Sequence record: MW233709
Direction: 5' to 3' (one strand)
DNA length: 64,000 bases
Source: Escherichia phage UPEC01
In this document: in pieces, positions 1 through 9,640 of the stretch
Layout of the letters: every line of letters begins with the position of its first letter
Position numbering within the stretch: position 1 is the first letter of the stretch
Notes under the pieces: model-generated
Seen by the model: the letters and a program-made list of their open reading frames with translations, nothing else
Database searches by the model: none
What the model was told of the DNA's origin: nothing
Position numbers and translations under genes: made by a program

Positions 1-2
1 TG

Positions 3-191
3 TGTGGCGATTACGAAGGCGATGCAGCGTTTAAATTTATCATTAACAAACTGAACATGAAAATGATTCCGGCTGATTACCGTGTTATGCTTTGGGCGAA
101 AGATGATAAATTTGCTACGAAGTTTGAAGGCACACAAGCAAGCTATGTGATTGCAATGGAACAAGGCTCTAGCCACGAATTCCAAGATTAA
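3..191 (+). CDS. 45: sliding clamp gp45, C-terminal fragment (5' end lies outside window)
   Basis: Open frame from window edge ending ...KFEGTQASYVIAMEQGSSHEFQD, stop TAA 189-191; sits directly upstream of gp44 as in T4. Confidence 0.7.
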   Translation, partial: CGDYEGDAAFKFIINKLNMKMIPADYRVMLWAKDDKFATKFEGTQASYVIAMEQGSSHEFQD

Positions 192-249
192 TAAATGGGG
201 CTTCGGCCCCATGGAGTACAAAGTAGAAACTAATATGAGGAAAATAATA

Positions 250-1227
250 ATGGCAACAGTAATTAACGGTTTGACAGTCAACGAATCCGACTTCATGTGG
301 GAACAAAAATACCGCCCAGGTACATTATCAGAGTGTATTCTCCCGGCCCATGATAAAGAAACATTAGAGGCGATTGTTAAAAAAGGTTTGATTCCTAACT
401 TGATTCTGGTCAGTAGTTCCCCTGGTACTGGTAAGACAACAGTTGCAAAAGCTATGTGTGCAGATACGAATTCTGATATGCTGTTTGTTAACGGCTCCGA
501 TTGCCGAATTGACTTTGTGCGTAATGAATTGACTCGCTTTGCATCATCCAAATCAATCGAAGGTCGCCGCAAGGTAATCGTTATCGATGAGTTTGACCGT
601 GCAGGTCTGGCTGAATCACAACGGCACCTCCGTAGCTTTATGGAAGCTTATTCGAGTAACTGTTCAATCATTATGACCGCGAACAATATTGATGGCATCA
701 TCACTCCGTTGCAGTCTCGTTGTCGCGTCATTAAGTTCGGTGAAGCAACTCCGGCTGACCAGACTACCATGATGAAAGAGATGATTCATCGTGCAGTTGC
801 GGTATGTAAAAATGAAGGCGTTGAAATCGAAGACCTGAAAGTTGTTGCTGCTCTGGTTAAGCATAACTTCCCGGACCTGCGTAAGACAATTAACGAGCTT
901 GACCGTTACTCTGCAAAGGGTGTTATCGATTCTGGTATTCTGAGTATCGTGACAAACAATCGCACGCCAATTGATGATGTGATTGATGCCCTTAAGGACC
1001 GTAATTTTAAAGTTCTCCGTGGTCTGGCTCCTAAGCATGCAAATGATTATTCAAGCTTCATTGCAAAGCTGGCTGATGAAATGTATGGCAAACTGACTGG
1101 TGCAAGTATCATCCGCATGTATGAGATTGTAGGTGAGAATAATCAGTATCATGGCATTGCGGCCAATACCGAAGTTCACTTGACTTATCTGTTTGCTCAA
1201 CTGGCTGGGGAAATGAAATGGCTGTAA
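250..1227 (+). CDS. 44: clamp loader large subunit gp44 (AAA+ ATPase)
   Basis: Walker A SPGTGKTT, EQKYRP, SRC motif (QSRCRV); start moved to ATG 250 (MATVINGL) with GAGG RBS; ORF track 151 start is an unlikely N-terminal extension. Confidence 0.95.
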   Translation: MATVINGLTVNESDFMWEQKYRPGTLSECILPAHDKETLEAIVKKGLIPNLILVSSSPGTGKTTVAKAMCADTNSDMLFVNGSDCRIDFVRNELTRFASSKSIEGRRKVIVIDEFDRAGLAESQRHLRSFMEAYSSNCSIIMTANNIDGIITPLQSRCRVIKFGEATPADQTTMMKEMIHRAVAVCKNEGVEIEDLKVVAALVKHNFPDLRKTINELDRYSAKGVIDSGILSIVTNNRTPIDDVIDALKDRNFKVLRGLAPKHANDYSSFIAKLADEMYGKLTGASIIRMYEIVGENNQYHGIAANTEVHLTYLFAQLAGEMKWL

Positions 1228-1796
1228 GTCTCTTTGATGATGACGTTCAATTAAACGAACATGAGGTTGCGTGGAAATCACGCGACTTTAACAAAATTCA
1301 GGAATTGTCCGATTCATACAAAGAGAAAGCAGAAAATGAATTGTTCGCGATTCTTAACGACATAACCGTTAGCAAAAAACCACGGAACCTGATTCAATCG
1401 GAAAACTACAATAAATTCTGGCTGGATAACGCATTGAGTCAACATGTTGATTGCATCATGCAGGTGAACGTGATGAACTTAATCGGTTCCGGGTTAACAG
1501 ACCAGCAGCATTATAATTATTTGCTGCATGCAGTTCCGCAAGGTAAGCGTTACGGCAAATGGGCGAAGGCTGAACCGGATGTAGTCAACGTCCAGCTTGT
1601 GCTCAAGCTTTTAATGAAATATTATACAATTAATGCAGATGATGCTTTGATGTATATGGAAACATTGAAAGTCAAAGGTAGTCTTAAAGATGTTTTGAAA
1701 AAGACAAAAGGTCTGGTAACGGATGAATTCTTAAAGACCGTTACCAGTAATGTGAAAGAACAAAAAGAAATTAAAAAACAAATATTGGAATGGTAA
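1218..1796 (+). CDS. 62: clamp loader small subunit gp62
   Basis: 192 aa, overlaps gp44 stop; strong similarity to T4 gp62 (NEHEVAW, AMNLIGSGL, GKRYGKWAK). Confidence 0.9.
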   Translation: MAVSLFDDDVQLNEHEVAWKSRDFNKIQELSDSYKEKAENELFAILNDITVSKKPRNLIQSENYNKFWLDNALSQHVDCIMQVNVMNLIGSGLTDQQHYNYLLHAVPQGKRYGKWAKAEPDVVNVQLVLKLLMKYYTINADDALMYMETLKVKGSLKDVLKKTKGLVTDEFLKTVTSNVKEQKEIKKQILEW

Positions 1797-1797
1797 A

Positions 1798-2166
1798 ATG
1801 ATTGAAATTACATTAAAGCAACCTGAAGACTTCCTGAAAGTTAAAGAAACTCTGACCCGTATGGGCATCGCAAATAATAAAGACCGTGTGCTGTACCAGA
1901 GCTGCCACATCCTCCAAAAGCAAGGTCGTTATTATATTGTTCACTTCAAAGAAATGCTGCGCATGGATGGTCGTCAGGTTGATATTGACGGTGAAGACTA
2001 TCAGCGCCGTGATTCCATCGCCCAACTGCTTGAAGACTGGGGCTTAATCGCTATCAAAGAAGAAGAGCATAATGAATTGTTCGCAGTAACAAATAACTTC
2101 CGTGTTATTTCATTCAAACAAAAAGACGACTGGAAGCTCGTAGCCAAATATACAATTGGTAATTGA
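1798..2166 (+). CDS. regA: translational repressor RegA
   Basis: 122 aa, near-identical to T4 RegA (MIEITLK.PEDFLKVKETLTRMGIANNKD). Confidence 0.95.
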   Translation: MIEITLKQPEDFLKVKETLTRMGIANNKDRVLYQSCHILQKQGRYYIVHFKEMLRMDGRQVDIDGEDYQRRDSIAQLLEDWGLIAIKEEEHNELFAVTNNFRVISFKQKDDWKLVAKYTIGN

Positions 2167-2167
2167 T

Positions 2168-2383
2168 ATGAAGCATGAAATTGAAACATGTGAACGCCTT
2201 AAAGAAGTATATGGACTTTCCCCAACTCAAACTATTTTTGACCTTTCCGAAGAACTTCAAATAGAATTTCAAAAGGAACTCAATAAATTATTGCATCCTG
2301 GACAGAGAGTCTTCCAGGCTATGGTTAGAACTAAAGATGAAAATGGTAATCCGACCATCGAACGTCGTACAATAGAAATTTAA
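2168..2383 (+). CDS. hypothetical protein (72 aa)
   Basis: ORF starting ATG 2168 overlapping regA stop (TGATATG); followed by terminator hairpin. Confidence 0.45.
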   Translation: MKHEIETCERLKEVYGLSPTQTIFDLSEELQIEFQKELNKLLHPGQRVFQAMVRTKDENGNPTIERRTIEI

Positions 2384-2387
2384 AGCA

Positions 2388-2408
2388 AAGGGACTTCGGT
2401 CCCTTTTG
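2388..2408 (+). terminator. intrinsic terminator hairpin (GGGAC-TTCG-GTCCC + T-run)
   Basis: agggacttcggtccctttt directly after ORF 2168-2383. Confidence 0.6.
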
Positions 2409-2438
2409 TAGTATAATAGCGTCAAGTCATAAAACAAA

Positions 2439-2468
2439 AGTCAATCACTCGACTATAAAGGAAATCAA
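2439..2468 (+). promoter_or_regulatory. candidate gp43 translational operator (small hairpin AGTC-aatcactc-GACT upstream of SD)
   Basis: Resembles the T4 gene 43 autogenous translational operator layout (hairpin then UAUAAAGGAAA then AUG). Confidence 0.4.
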
Positions 2469-5183
2469 ATGCAAGAATTTTATTTAACTATCGAACAAAT
2501 CGGTGACAACCTACTCGAACGATATATTGACAAGAATGGTCATGAACGTGTTCGTGAAATCCCTTATGCTCCATGCTTGTTTATGCACGCCCGCGAAGAC
2601 CAAGCTGCAAAGTATACAGACATCTATAATAAAGGTTGTGTGAAAAAAGAATTCGATTCCATGCGTGATGCATCCCAGTGGATGAAGCGAATGAATGACA
2701 TGGGTCTCGAAGCTATGGGTATGGACGACTTTAAACTCGCATACTTGTCCGACCGTTACCCACACGAAATCAAATATGATTCAAGTAAAATCCGTGTTGC
2801 TAACTTCGATATCGAGGTGACATCTCCTGATGGGTTCCCTGAACCGTCTGAAGCACGTCACCCTATTGACGCCCTGACGCACTATGATTCGGTAGACGAT
2901 AAATTCTATGTCTTTGACCTTTTGGGCTCACCATACGCCACTGTGGAGCAATGGTCTATTGATATTGCTGCTAAGCTGCAGGAAGACGGTGGTGATGAAG
3001 TCCCGGAAGAAATCCTGGAAAAAATTGTTTATATGGCTTTCGATTCAGAAGAAGAAATGCTCCAGCAGTATTTGGTATTCTGGAACGAGAAAACTCCGGT
3101 TATGTTAACTGGTTGGAACATCGAGAAGTTTGATATTCCATATATCTACAACCGCCTTAAAAATGTATTTGGTGAAGCTACAGCAAAACGTCTGAGCCCA
3201 CATCGTCGTACAAAAGTTAAGGTCATTAACAACGGCTTTGGCGAAGAACAAGAAATCATTCAGATTCTGGGTATCTCTGTTCTGGATTATCTGGACCTGT
3301 ATAAAAAGTTCAGCTTCACAAACCAACCGTCTTATTCGTTGGATTATGTTGCGGAATCTGAACTGGGTGTTGGTAAACTCCCGTATGATGGCCCGATTTC
3401 TAAACTGCGCGAATCAAATCACCAGCGGTATATTTCTTATAACATCATCGACGTTTATCGTGTTGTGCAGATTGACCGTAAGCGACAGTTTATTAACCTG
3501 AGTCAGTCAATGGGTTATTACGCAAAAATGCAGATTCAGTCTGTATTCAGCCCAATCAAAACTTGGGATGCGATTATCTTTAACAGCTTGAAGACTCAAA
3601 ACAAAGTTATTCCGGAAACCAAATCGCATGTTCGCCAATCGTTCCCTGGTGCATTTGTTAAGGAACCTATTCCGAACGCATACAAATATGTAATGAGCTG
3701 TGACTTAACATCTCTGTATCCGAGCATCATCCGACAGATTAACATCAGTCCAGAAACGATTGCCGGGTCATTTGCGCCAGCCCAGATGTATGAATACATC
3801 GCAGGAACTGCTGACCGTCCATCTGATACATTTAGTTGTGCTCCAAATGGTATGATGTATTTTAAAGATGTTGCGGGTATTATTCCGACAGAAGTCACCA
3901 AGGTGTTTAATCAGCGTAAAGAGCACAAAGGCTATATGCTTGCGGCTCAACGTAATGGTGAACTGATTAAGGAAGCTCTGCGTAATCCAGGAACTGGCAC
4001 AACCGAACCAGAAGTTGATTATCGTCATGACTTTGATGACAATATGAAAACGACCCTGCATGGTCTGAATCAAACAGTCCTAAATGGTATGCTGTACAAA
4101 GCGCAGATGGAAGAAGTTGCAGGCATGACCGCACAGATTAACCGTAAACTGCTTATCAACAGTTGTTATGGCGCTCTGGGTAATATCTGGTTCCGTTACT
4201 TTGACCTGCGAAATGCAACCGCGATTACATCTTTCGGACAACTTGCACTGCAGTGGATTGAGCGTAAAGTTAACGAATACTTCGATAGTGTTTGTGGTAC
4301 AAGCGGTGAAACTTATGTGTTCTATGGCGATACTGACTCCATTTATATCCAGTGCGATAACCTGATTAAAAAGGTTGGTGGCGAATCTAAATTCCGCGAT
4401 ACAAACCACCTGGTTGACTTCATGGACAAGTTTGCGAAAGACCGTCTGGAACCGGCAATCGATAAAGCTTTCCGTGAGCTGGCTGAATACATGAACAACA
4501 AACAGCACCTTATGTTTATGGACCGTGAGGCGATTGCATGTCCTCCGCTGGGTTCGAAGGGTGTGGGTGGATTCTGGACGGCGAAGAAGCGTTATGCGTT
4601 GAACGTGTACGATATGGAAGGCACACGTTATGCTGTTCCAAAATTGAAAATCATGGGTCTGGAAACTCAAAAGTCGAGTACTCCAAAGGCATGTCAGAAA
4701 GCTCTGAAAGAATGCATCCGCCGTATGCTGCAAGAAGGTGAAGAATCTCTGCAGACATACTTCAAGGAATTCAATAAGGAATTTAATGAGCTTAACTACA
4801 TGACCATCGCAGGGGTATCATCGGTTAACAACATCCAGAAATATAATGAAGGTGGTTTCCCTGGATTTAAGTGCCCGGCTCATATCAAAGGTGTGCTTGC
4901 ATATATGCGTGCAACTAAAGGTCTGAAGACTGTTCCGCAAATCATGGAAGGGGAAAAGGTGTATGTACTTCCTCTTAAAGTCGGCAACCCATTTGGTGAA
5001 ACCGTGATTGCATGGCCATCAGGGATTGAACTCCCGATTGAAATTCGTGACCAAGTCTTGCAGTGGATGGACTACAACACACTGTTCCAGAAGACTTTTG
5101 TCAAACCGTTAACAGGTTTCTCTGAAGCTGCAAAGGTTGATTACGAAAAGAAAGCAACTCTTTTTGATATGTTTGACTTTTAA
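2469..5183 (+). CDS. 43: DNA polymerase gp43 (family B)
   Basis: 904 aa; exonuclease and polymerase motifs incl. YGDTDS, KKRYA, SLYPSII. Confidence 0.97.
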   Translation: MQEFYLTIEQIGDNLLERYIDKNGHERVREIPYAPCLFMHAREDQAAKYTDIYNKGCVKKEFDSMRDASQWMKRMNDMGLEAMGMDDFKLAYLSDRYPHEIKYDSSKIRVANFDIEVTSPDGFPEPSEARHPIDALTHYDSVDDKFYVFDLLGSPYATVEQWSIDIAAKLQEDGGDEVPEEILEKIVYMAFDSEEEMLQQYLVFWNEKTPVMLTGWNIEKFDIPYIYNRLKNVFGEATAKRLSPHRRTKVKVINNGFGEEQEIIQILGISVLDYLDLYKKFSFTNQPSYSLDYVAESELGVGKLPYDGPISKLRESNHQRYISYNIIDVYRVVQIDRKRQFINLSQSMGYYAKMQIQSVFSPIKTWDAIIFNSLKTQNKVIPETKSHVRQSFPGAFVKEPIPNAYKYVMSCDLTSLYPSIIRQINISPETIAGSFAPAQMYEYIAGTADRPSDTFSCAPNGMMYFKDVAGIIPTEVTKVFNQRKEHKGYMLAAQRNGELIKEALRNPGTGTTEPEVDYRHDFDDNMKTTLHGLNQTVLNGMLYKAQMEEVAGMTAQINRKLLINSCYGALGNIWFRYFDLRNATAITSFGQLALQWIERKVNEYFDSVCGTSGETYVFYGDTDSIYIQCDNLIKKVGGESKFRDTNHLVDFMDKFAKDRLEPAIDKAFRELAEYMNNKQHLMFMDREAIACPPLGSKGVGGFWTAKKRYALNVYDMEGTRYAVPKLKIMGLETQKSSTPKACQKALKECIRRMLQEGEESLQTYFKEFNKEFNELNYMTIAGVSSVNNIQKYNEGGFPGFKCPAHIKGVLAYMRATKGLKTVPQIMEGEKVYVLPLKVGNPFGETVIAWPSGIELPIEIRDQVLQWMDYNTLFQKTFVKPLTGFSEAAKVDYEKKATLFDMFDF

Positions 5184-5216
5184 GTGTTTACAACGGCAAT
5201 GGATTGCCGTATGATT
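5184..5216 (+). promoter_or_regulatory. early-type promoter (GTGTTTACAA ... TATGATTA)
   Basis: -35-like GTTTACA and -10-like element with ~17 bp spacer upstream of imm-like ORF. Confidence 0.45.
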
Positions 5217-5252
5217 ACCCCATCAACTGATGAATAACTTGAGGATATTAAA

Positions 5253-5495
5253 ATGGAAACATTAATTGCGGGTACTGTTGTTCTTGGTGCAGGTTCTTTC
5301 TTCCTGGCTGCACTGGCATATTTTCTGCCGTGGATTATCGCGCTACTGCGTGGAACCAAAAGTAATTGCGGAATCTTCTTTGTTAACCTCCTGTTAGGTT
5401 GGACAATGGTCGGATGGTTTATTGCATTTATCTGGGCACTCGTTGCTGAACGTAAATCAAACGCACAAGTAATTATCATCAAGGAATCAAAATGA
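5253..5495 (+). CDS. imm: superinfection-immunity-like small membrane protein (Imm-like)
   Basis: 80 aa, two hydrophobic segments, motif LLLGWTMVGWFIAFIWAL typical of superinfection immunity family; T4 imm position next to gene 43. Confidence 0.55.
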   Translation: METLIAGTVVLGAGSFFLAALAYFLPWIIALLRGTKSNCGIFFVNLLLGWTMVGWFIAFIWALVAERKSNAQVIIIKESK

Positions 5496-5554
5496 AGATA
5501 ATTACAATTATTGTATTGATTGCATTTTTAGTATGTCAATCTATTGGGCAATAA
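5492..5554 (+). CDS. tiny hydrophobic ORF (20 aa)
   Basis: ATGA overlap with previous stop; MKIITIIVLIAFLVCQSIGQ. Confidence 0.25.
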   Translation: MKIITIIVLIAFLVCQSIGQ

Positions 5555-5642
5555 TGACTCCACATATGATTCCAACTTTAATTTTGGGTTGGGTATTTTT
5601 GGGGCTCCAAGCCCGCTATGAATGTTTTAATTAGGAAGCAAA

Positions 5643-6146
5643 ATGAAAAAGTTAGCTATCGCAGCTGTTATGCTGCTATCTGGTTGTGCTTACCAGGGTG
5701 ATGTTGTTAATGCCAACGAGATTGGTAAAGCGCGAATTGCTGCAGACCGTCAGGTGCATAATGGTTCCTTTGATTTCAAAGGTGGTACTGGACTTATCTA
5801 CAAACGCGACAACAATCAATGTGGAAACAACTGCGCGAAATATGCTCAACAAGAAATTGAGTACAAACGCGAGCAAGCTGCGAAGCATGACGAAATCATT
5901 GCCAAGCTGGAAGCAGAAACCAAGCGACAAAATGACCTGGACACTGTTAACCAGATTTCACAGGTCTGCATGTCATACATCAATATGCAGATAAACATCA
6001 TGCGCGCAGAAGCTTATCAGGCAGCGGAGATGGGTTCTCCAAAAGCTAATGAGTACCGCGATATGTATCAGCGTTCTGCTCAAAACCGTCTGAGCTATAT
6101 TAATAAATGTGTAGCTAAAGAGAAAGCACGCCAAGGTATTAACTGA
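5643..6146 (+). CDS. putative lipoprotein
   Basis: Signal peptide with lipobox LLSGC (MKKLAIAAVMLLSGCAYQ), 167 aa. Confidence 0.6.
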   Translation: MKKLAIAAVMLLSGCAYQGDVVNANEIGKARIAADRQVHNGSFDFKGGTGLIYKRDNNQCGNNCAKYAQQEIEYKREQAAKHDEIIAKLEAETKRQNDLDTVNQISQVCMSYINMQINIMRAEAYQAAEMGSPKANEYRDMYQRSAQNRLSYINKCVAKEKARQGIN

Positions 6147-6253
6147 TGTTATTATTACTTCTGATTGTTGTAACAGTAATTGGTTTGCTGCTATTAGAAA
6201 AGCGTAATAAGCATTTGGCTGAAGAAAACTGGAAATGTGGTAACGTTTACTGA
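6146..6253 (+). CDS. small membrane protein (35 aa)
   Basis: ATGA overlap with lipoprotein stop; MLLLLLIVVTVIGLLLLEKRNK... Confidence 0.3.
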   Translation: MLLLLLIVVTVIGLLLLEKRNKHLAEENWKCGNVY

Positions 6254-6337
6254 GTTAATTGCTCTAAAAATACAGTGATATAATTATCCTATCTTAAACC
6301 TGTGAGAAAAATATAATGGTGCCTATGGAAAAAATGA

Positions 6338-7516
6338 ATGTCTATTGCAGATTTGAAATCCCGTTTGATTAAAGCTTCTACATCCAAAATGACTGCGACT
6401 CTTACCAAGTCCAAGTTCTTTAATGATAAAGATGTAGTTCGTACAAAAATCCCGATGCTGAACATTGCAATCAGCGGTGCACTAGATGGTGGTATGCAGT
6501 CAGGTTTGACTATTTTTGCTGGTCCGTCAAAACACTTTAAATCCAATATGGGTTTAACGATGGTCTCTGCATATATGAACAAATACCCCGATGCAATCTG
6601 TTTGTTCTATGATTCAGAATTTGGTATCACAGAAGCATATCTTCGTGCAATGAAAGTTGACCCGGAACGTGTTATCCATACACCAATCCAGTCGGTTGAA
6701 CAATTGAAAGTTGATATGGTTAACCAGCTTGAAGCAATTGAGCGTGGTGAAAAAGTCATTATCTTTATTGACTCAATCGGTAACATGGCGTCGAAAAAAG
6801 AAACAGAAGATGCGATGAACGAAAAAGTTGTTGGTGATATGACTCGCGCTAAATCCCTGAAATCTCTGTTCCGTATTGTTACCCCATATTTTAGTATCAA
6901 GGATATTCCTTGTGTCGCGGTTAACCATACAATTGAGACGATTGAGATGTACAGCAAAACCGTTATGACCGGTGGCACAGGTGTTATGTATTCCGCAGAC
7001 ACCGTATTCATTATCGGCAAACGCCAGATTAAAGAAACTGGTAAAGAACTTGAAGGCTTCCAATTTGTTCTGAACGCCGAAAAATCTCGTATGGTCAAAG
7101 AGAAAAGTAAATTCTTCATTGATGTAAAATTCGATGGGGGTATTGACCCGTATTCTGGCCTGCTTGATATGGCAATGGAAATCGGATTTGTGGTGAAACC
7201 AAAAGTTGGTTGGTATAACCGTGAATATCTTGATGTTGAGACCGGCGAAATGGTCCGCGAAGAAAAATCATGGCGCGCAAAAGATACTAACTGCACCGAA
7301 TTCTGGGGTCCGCTGTTCAAGCACGAACCTTTCCGTGATGCAATTAAACGCCATTACCAACTGGGTGCAATCGATAGCAATGCTGTTGTTGATGCTGAAG
7401 TTGATGCGCTTATTGCCTCCAAGGTTGAAAAATACTCTGCTCCTGAAGGTAAGACAAAACCGTCCGCTGCAGATATCGAAAACGATTTAGATATGATGGA
7501 AGACCTTGATGAATGA
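6338..7516 (+). CDS. uvsX: recombinase UvsX (RecA-like)
   Basis: 392 aa, very high similarity to T4 UvsX (FAGPSKHFKSN Walker A, KDTNCTEFWGPLFKH). Confidence 0.97.
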   Translation: MSIADLKSRLIKASTSKMTATLTKSKFFNDKDVVRTKIPMLNIAISGALDGGMQSGLTIFAGPSKHFKSNMGLTMVSAYMNKYPDAICLFYDSEFGITEAYLRAMKVDPERVIHTPIQSVEQLKVDMVNQLEAIERGEKVIIFIDSIGNMASKKETEDAMNEKVVGDMTRAKSLKSLFRIVTPYFSIKDIPCVAVNHTIETIEMYSKTVMTGGTGVMYSADTVFIIGKRQIKETGKELEGFQFVLNAEKSRMVKEKSKFFIDVKFDGGIDPYSGLLDMAMEIGFVVKPKVGWYNREYLDVETGEMVREEKSWRAKDTNCTEFWGPLFKHEPFRDAIKRHYQLGAIDSNAVVDAEVDALIASKVEKYSAPEGKTKPSAADIENDLDMMEDLDE

Positions 7517-7850
7517 TATCGATTTATCTGATTTAGATAATTTCGAGAAAGATGCGGAGGGAGCTAAGGCTCCTTCTGTACCTTACTACGAAAAAAGTTT
7601 GGAGATTATCCGGCAATCCATGGGAACCGTACGACAGGAAATTCTGTTATCACTCCCTGATGGGTCCAGTCACATTGTGTACGTAACCGGAATTAAAATT
7701 GAACCATCTGGAAAAGTTTCAGTTGATTTCGGCACCCCTTCTGAAGACCGCAAAGCGGAGCTTGCAGTGCATGTAGAAAAGTGTGTTACAATGCAAATAC
7801 AAGATGAAATTGATAAGATTAAAATGAAAAAGAGGTGGTGGAAGTGGTAG
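7506..7850 (+). CDS. 40: gp40-like protein (head vertex assembly chaperone position)
   Basis: 114 aa ORF between uvsX and 41 exactly as T4 gene 40; no sequence motif verified. Confidence 0.55.
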   Translation: MMNDIDLSDLDNFEKDAEGAKAPSVPYYEKSLEIIRQSMGTVRQEILLSLPDGSSHIVYVTGIKIEPSGKVSVDFGTPSEDRKAELAVHVEKCVTMQIQDEIDKIKMKKRWWKW

Positions 7851-9274
7851 AAACTATTTTATCCCAGCTACTCTTTAACAAGGAATATTTTGTTAAAGTC
7901 TGGCCATATCTGAATAACACATATTTTGAAAAGGGTCCAGCAAAGACCCTTTTTAATACGATTAACGAACACGTAAAAGAATATCAAGCGGTACCAACTA
8001 AGACTGCACTTGATATCGCGCTCGACAGTTCTGACCTTTCTGAAGTCGAATATGAAGGCACAAAGAAACTCTTAGGAGTCCTGGCCGATACTCCAGAAGA
8101 CCAGGAATGGTTGGTTAAAGAAACCGAGAAGTATGTACAGAAGTCTGCGATGTTCAATGCCACATCCAGGATTATCGAAATCCAGAGCAATGCCGAACTT
8201 CCGAAAGATAAACGTGATAAACGAATCCCGGATATTGGTGCTATCCCTGACATCATGCGCGATGCATTGTCTATCTGTTTTGACTCTGCTCTGGGCCATG
8301 ACTGGTTAAACGATTACGAAGCTCGATTCCAGACTTATCTGAACAAATCGAAGAAGGTTCCGTTCCGTATTAACATCCTGAATAAAATCACGAAGGGCGG
8401 GGTTGAGTACGGTACAGAGAACGTTTTACTGGCCGGGACGAACGTCGGCAAATCCCTTGGACTTTGTTCGCTGGCGGCTGACTATCTTCAGACTGGTCAT
8501 AATGTGCTTTATATAAGCATGGAAATGGCTGAAGAAGTATGTGCCAAACGTATTGATGCCAACTTGCTGGATGTGTCTCTGGATGATATTGATGAAGGTC
8601 ATGTGTCATGGGCGGAATACAAAAGTAAGATGGAAAAATGGCGTGCAGCCGGGACCCTTGGGACTCTGAAGATAAAACAATATCCAACTGGCGGTGCTCA
8701 TGCGGATACCTTCCGTGCATTGCTGAATGAATACAAACTGAAGCAAGGGTTTGTGCCGGATGTGATTATTGTTGACTACCTGGCAATCTGTGCAAGCTCA
8801 AGACTGAAAACGTTTACCGAAAACAGTTACGGCCTGATTAAGATGGTTGCAGAAGAACTTCGTGGTCTGGCGGTCGAGAAAAATGTGGTCCTGTGGACTG
8901 CAGCGCAGACAACCAGGGGTGCGAACGTTGCAGCTGAGATTGATATGGCTGACATCGCTGAATCTTTTGGTATTGCTCACACGGCCGACTTTATGTTGGG
9001 TGTTGTTGAGACCGAAGAATTCGCTCAAATGGGACTACAGTTAATCAAACAGCTTAAGTCTCGTTACGGCGATAAGAACTACTATAATAAATTCAAGATG
9101 GGTGTTAAGAAAGGTAATCAGCGCTGGTACGAGGTTGATGATGATTCAGCTCCTAAACAAGGCCCTACGGTTAAAGAAGCCACTGGTGAGATGAATCGCC
9201 AGGCTGAAATGAATAGACAAACCAGGGTCAACAGGAGCGACCTGGACGACCTTGCTGCTCAAATGAAATTCTAA
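7835..9274 (+). CDS. 41: replicative helicase gp41 (DnaB-like)
   Basis: 479 aa, Walker A GTNVGKS, similarity to T4 gp41 N-terminus; start codon is GTG-type, exact start uncertain (7835/7838/7844). Confidence 0.93.
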   Translation: MVEVVETILSQLLFNKEYFVKVWPYLNNTYFEKGPAKTLFNTINEHVKEYQAVPTKTALDIALDSSDLSEVEYEGTKKLLGVLADTPEDQEWLVKETEKYVQKSAMFNATSRIIEIQSNAELPKDKRDKRIPDIGAIPDIMRDALSICFDSALGHDWLNDYEARFQTYLNKSKKVPFRINILNKITKGGVEYGTENVLLAGTNVGKSLGLCSLAADYLQTGHNVLYISMEMAEEVCAKRIDANLLDVSLDDIDEGHVSWAEYKSKMEKWRAAGTLGTLKIKQYPTGGAHADTFRALLNEYKLKQGFVPDVIIVDYLAICASSRLKTFTENSYGLIKMVAEELRGLAVEKNVVLWTAAQTTRGANVAAEIDMADIAESFGIAHTADFMLGVVETEEFAQMGLQLIKQLKSRYGDKNYYNKFKMGVKKGNQRWYEVDDDSAPKQGPTVKEATGEMNRQAEMNRQTRVNRSDLDDLAAQMKF

Positions 9275-9295
9275 AGACCTTCGGGTCTTTTTCAT
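9275..9295 (+). terminator. intrinsic terminator hairpin
   Basis: aagaccttcgggtctttttc after gene 41. Confidence 0.6.
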
Positions 9296-9300
9296 TTAGA

Positions 9301-9334
9301 GGTTTACAACACCATAAAAAGGGTGTACTATTAT
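9301..9334 (+). promoter_or_regulatory. early-type promoter
   Basis: GGTTTACAAC ... TATTAT followed by conserved leader CATCAACTACTGATGAGGATAATAAAATG. Confidence 0.5.
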
Positions 9335-9362
9335 CCCATCAACTACTGATGAGGATAATAAA

Positions 9363-9611
9363 ATGTTATTAGTTAATGTGCAGTACCAGTTCAAATCTGA
9401 AGAAGCTCTCCAAAAGTATGCTGATATTTGTGAGCATAATAAAAGAACAGCTGCCATTGTTGGTCTGAAGCCTTTTAAAATTTTGGATTGCTCCTTGAAC
9501 AGAGCAAGACGCTGGTGTAGTGTTGCCTGTCATGCTTCAGTTGAAGGGAATGATTATTTTTTCATTACTTTCAATGCACAAGATTTTCATTTAATTAATG
9601 AATTAAAATAG
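9363..9611 (+). CDS. hypothetical protein (82 aa)
   Basis: ORF with GAGGA RBS in conserved leader. Confidence 0.55.
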   Translation: MLLVNVQYQFKSEEALQKYADICEHNKRTAAIVGLKPFKILDCSLNRARRWCSVACHASVEGNDYFFITFNAQDFHLINELK

Positions 9612-9640
9612 TGTACAAGCCCCTTGTCTTAGGACATAAT
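9611..9640 (+). promoter_or_regulatory. early-type promoter
   Basis: GTGTACAA-N16-CATAAT followed by conserved leader GATTCCATACTGAGTTAC. Confidence 0.5.

Noticed and set aside
151-249. N-terminal 33-aa extension of gp44 from ORF track start
   Set aside because: T4 gp44 begins at the equivalent of ATG 250, which has a proper RBS; the extension would nearly abut gp45.
4080-4733. 217-aa minus-strand ORF inside DNA polymerase gene
   Set aside because: Antisense to gp43; typical spurious ORF in a long conserved gene.
9345-9357. CUGAUGAGGA in the conserved leader resembles the hammerhead ribozyme CUGAUGA core
   Set aside because: No flanking helices I/II/III or GAAA element; the GAGGA is the Shine-Dalgarno sequence at the normal distance from ATG.
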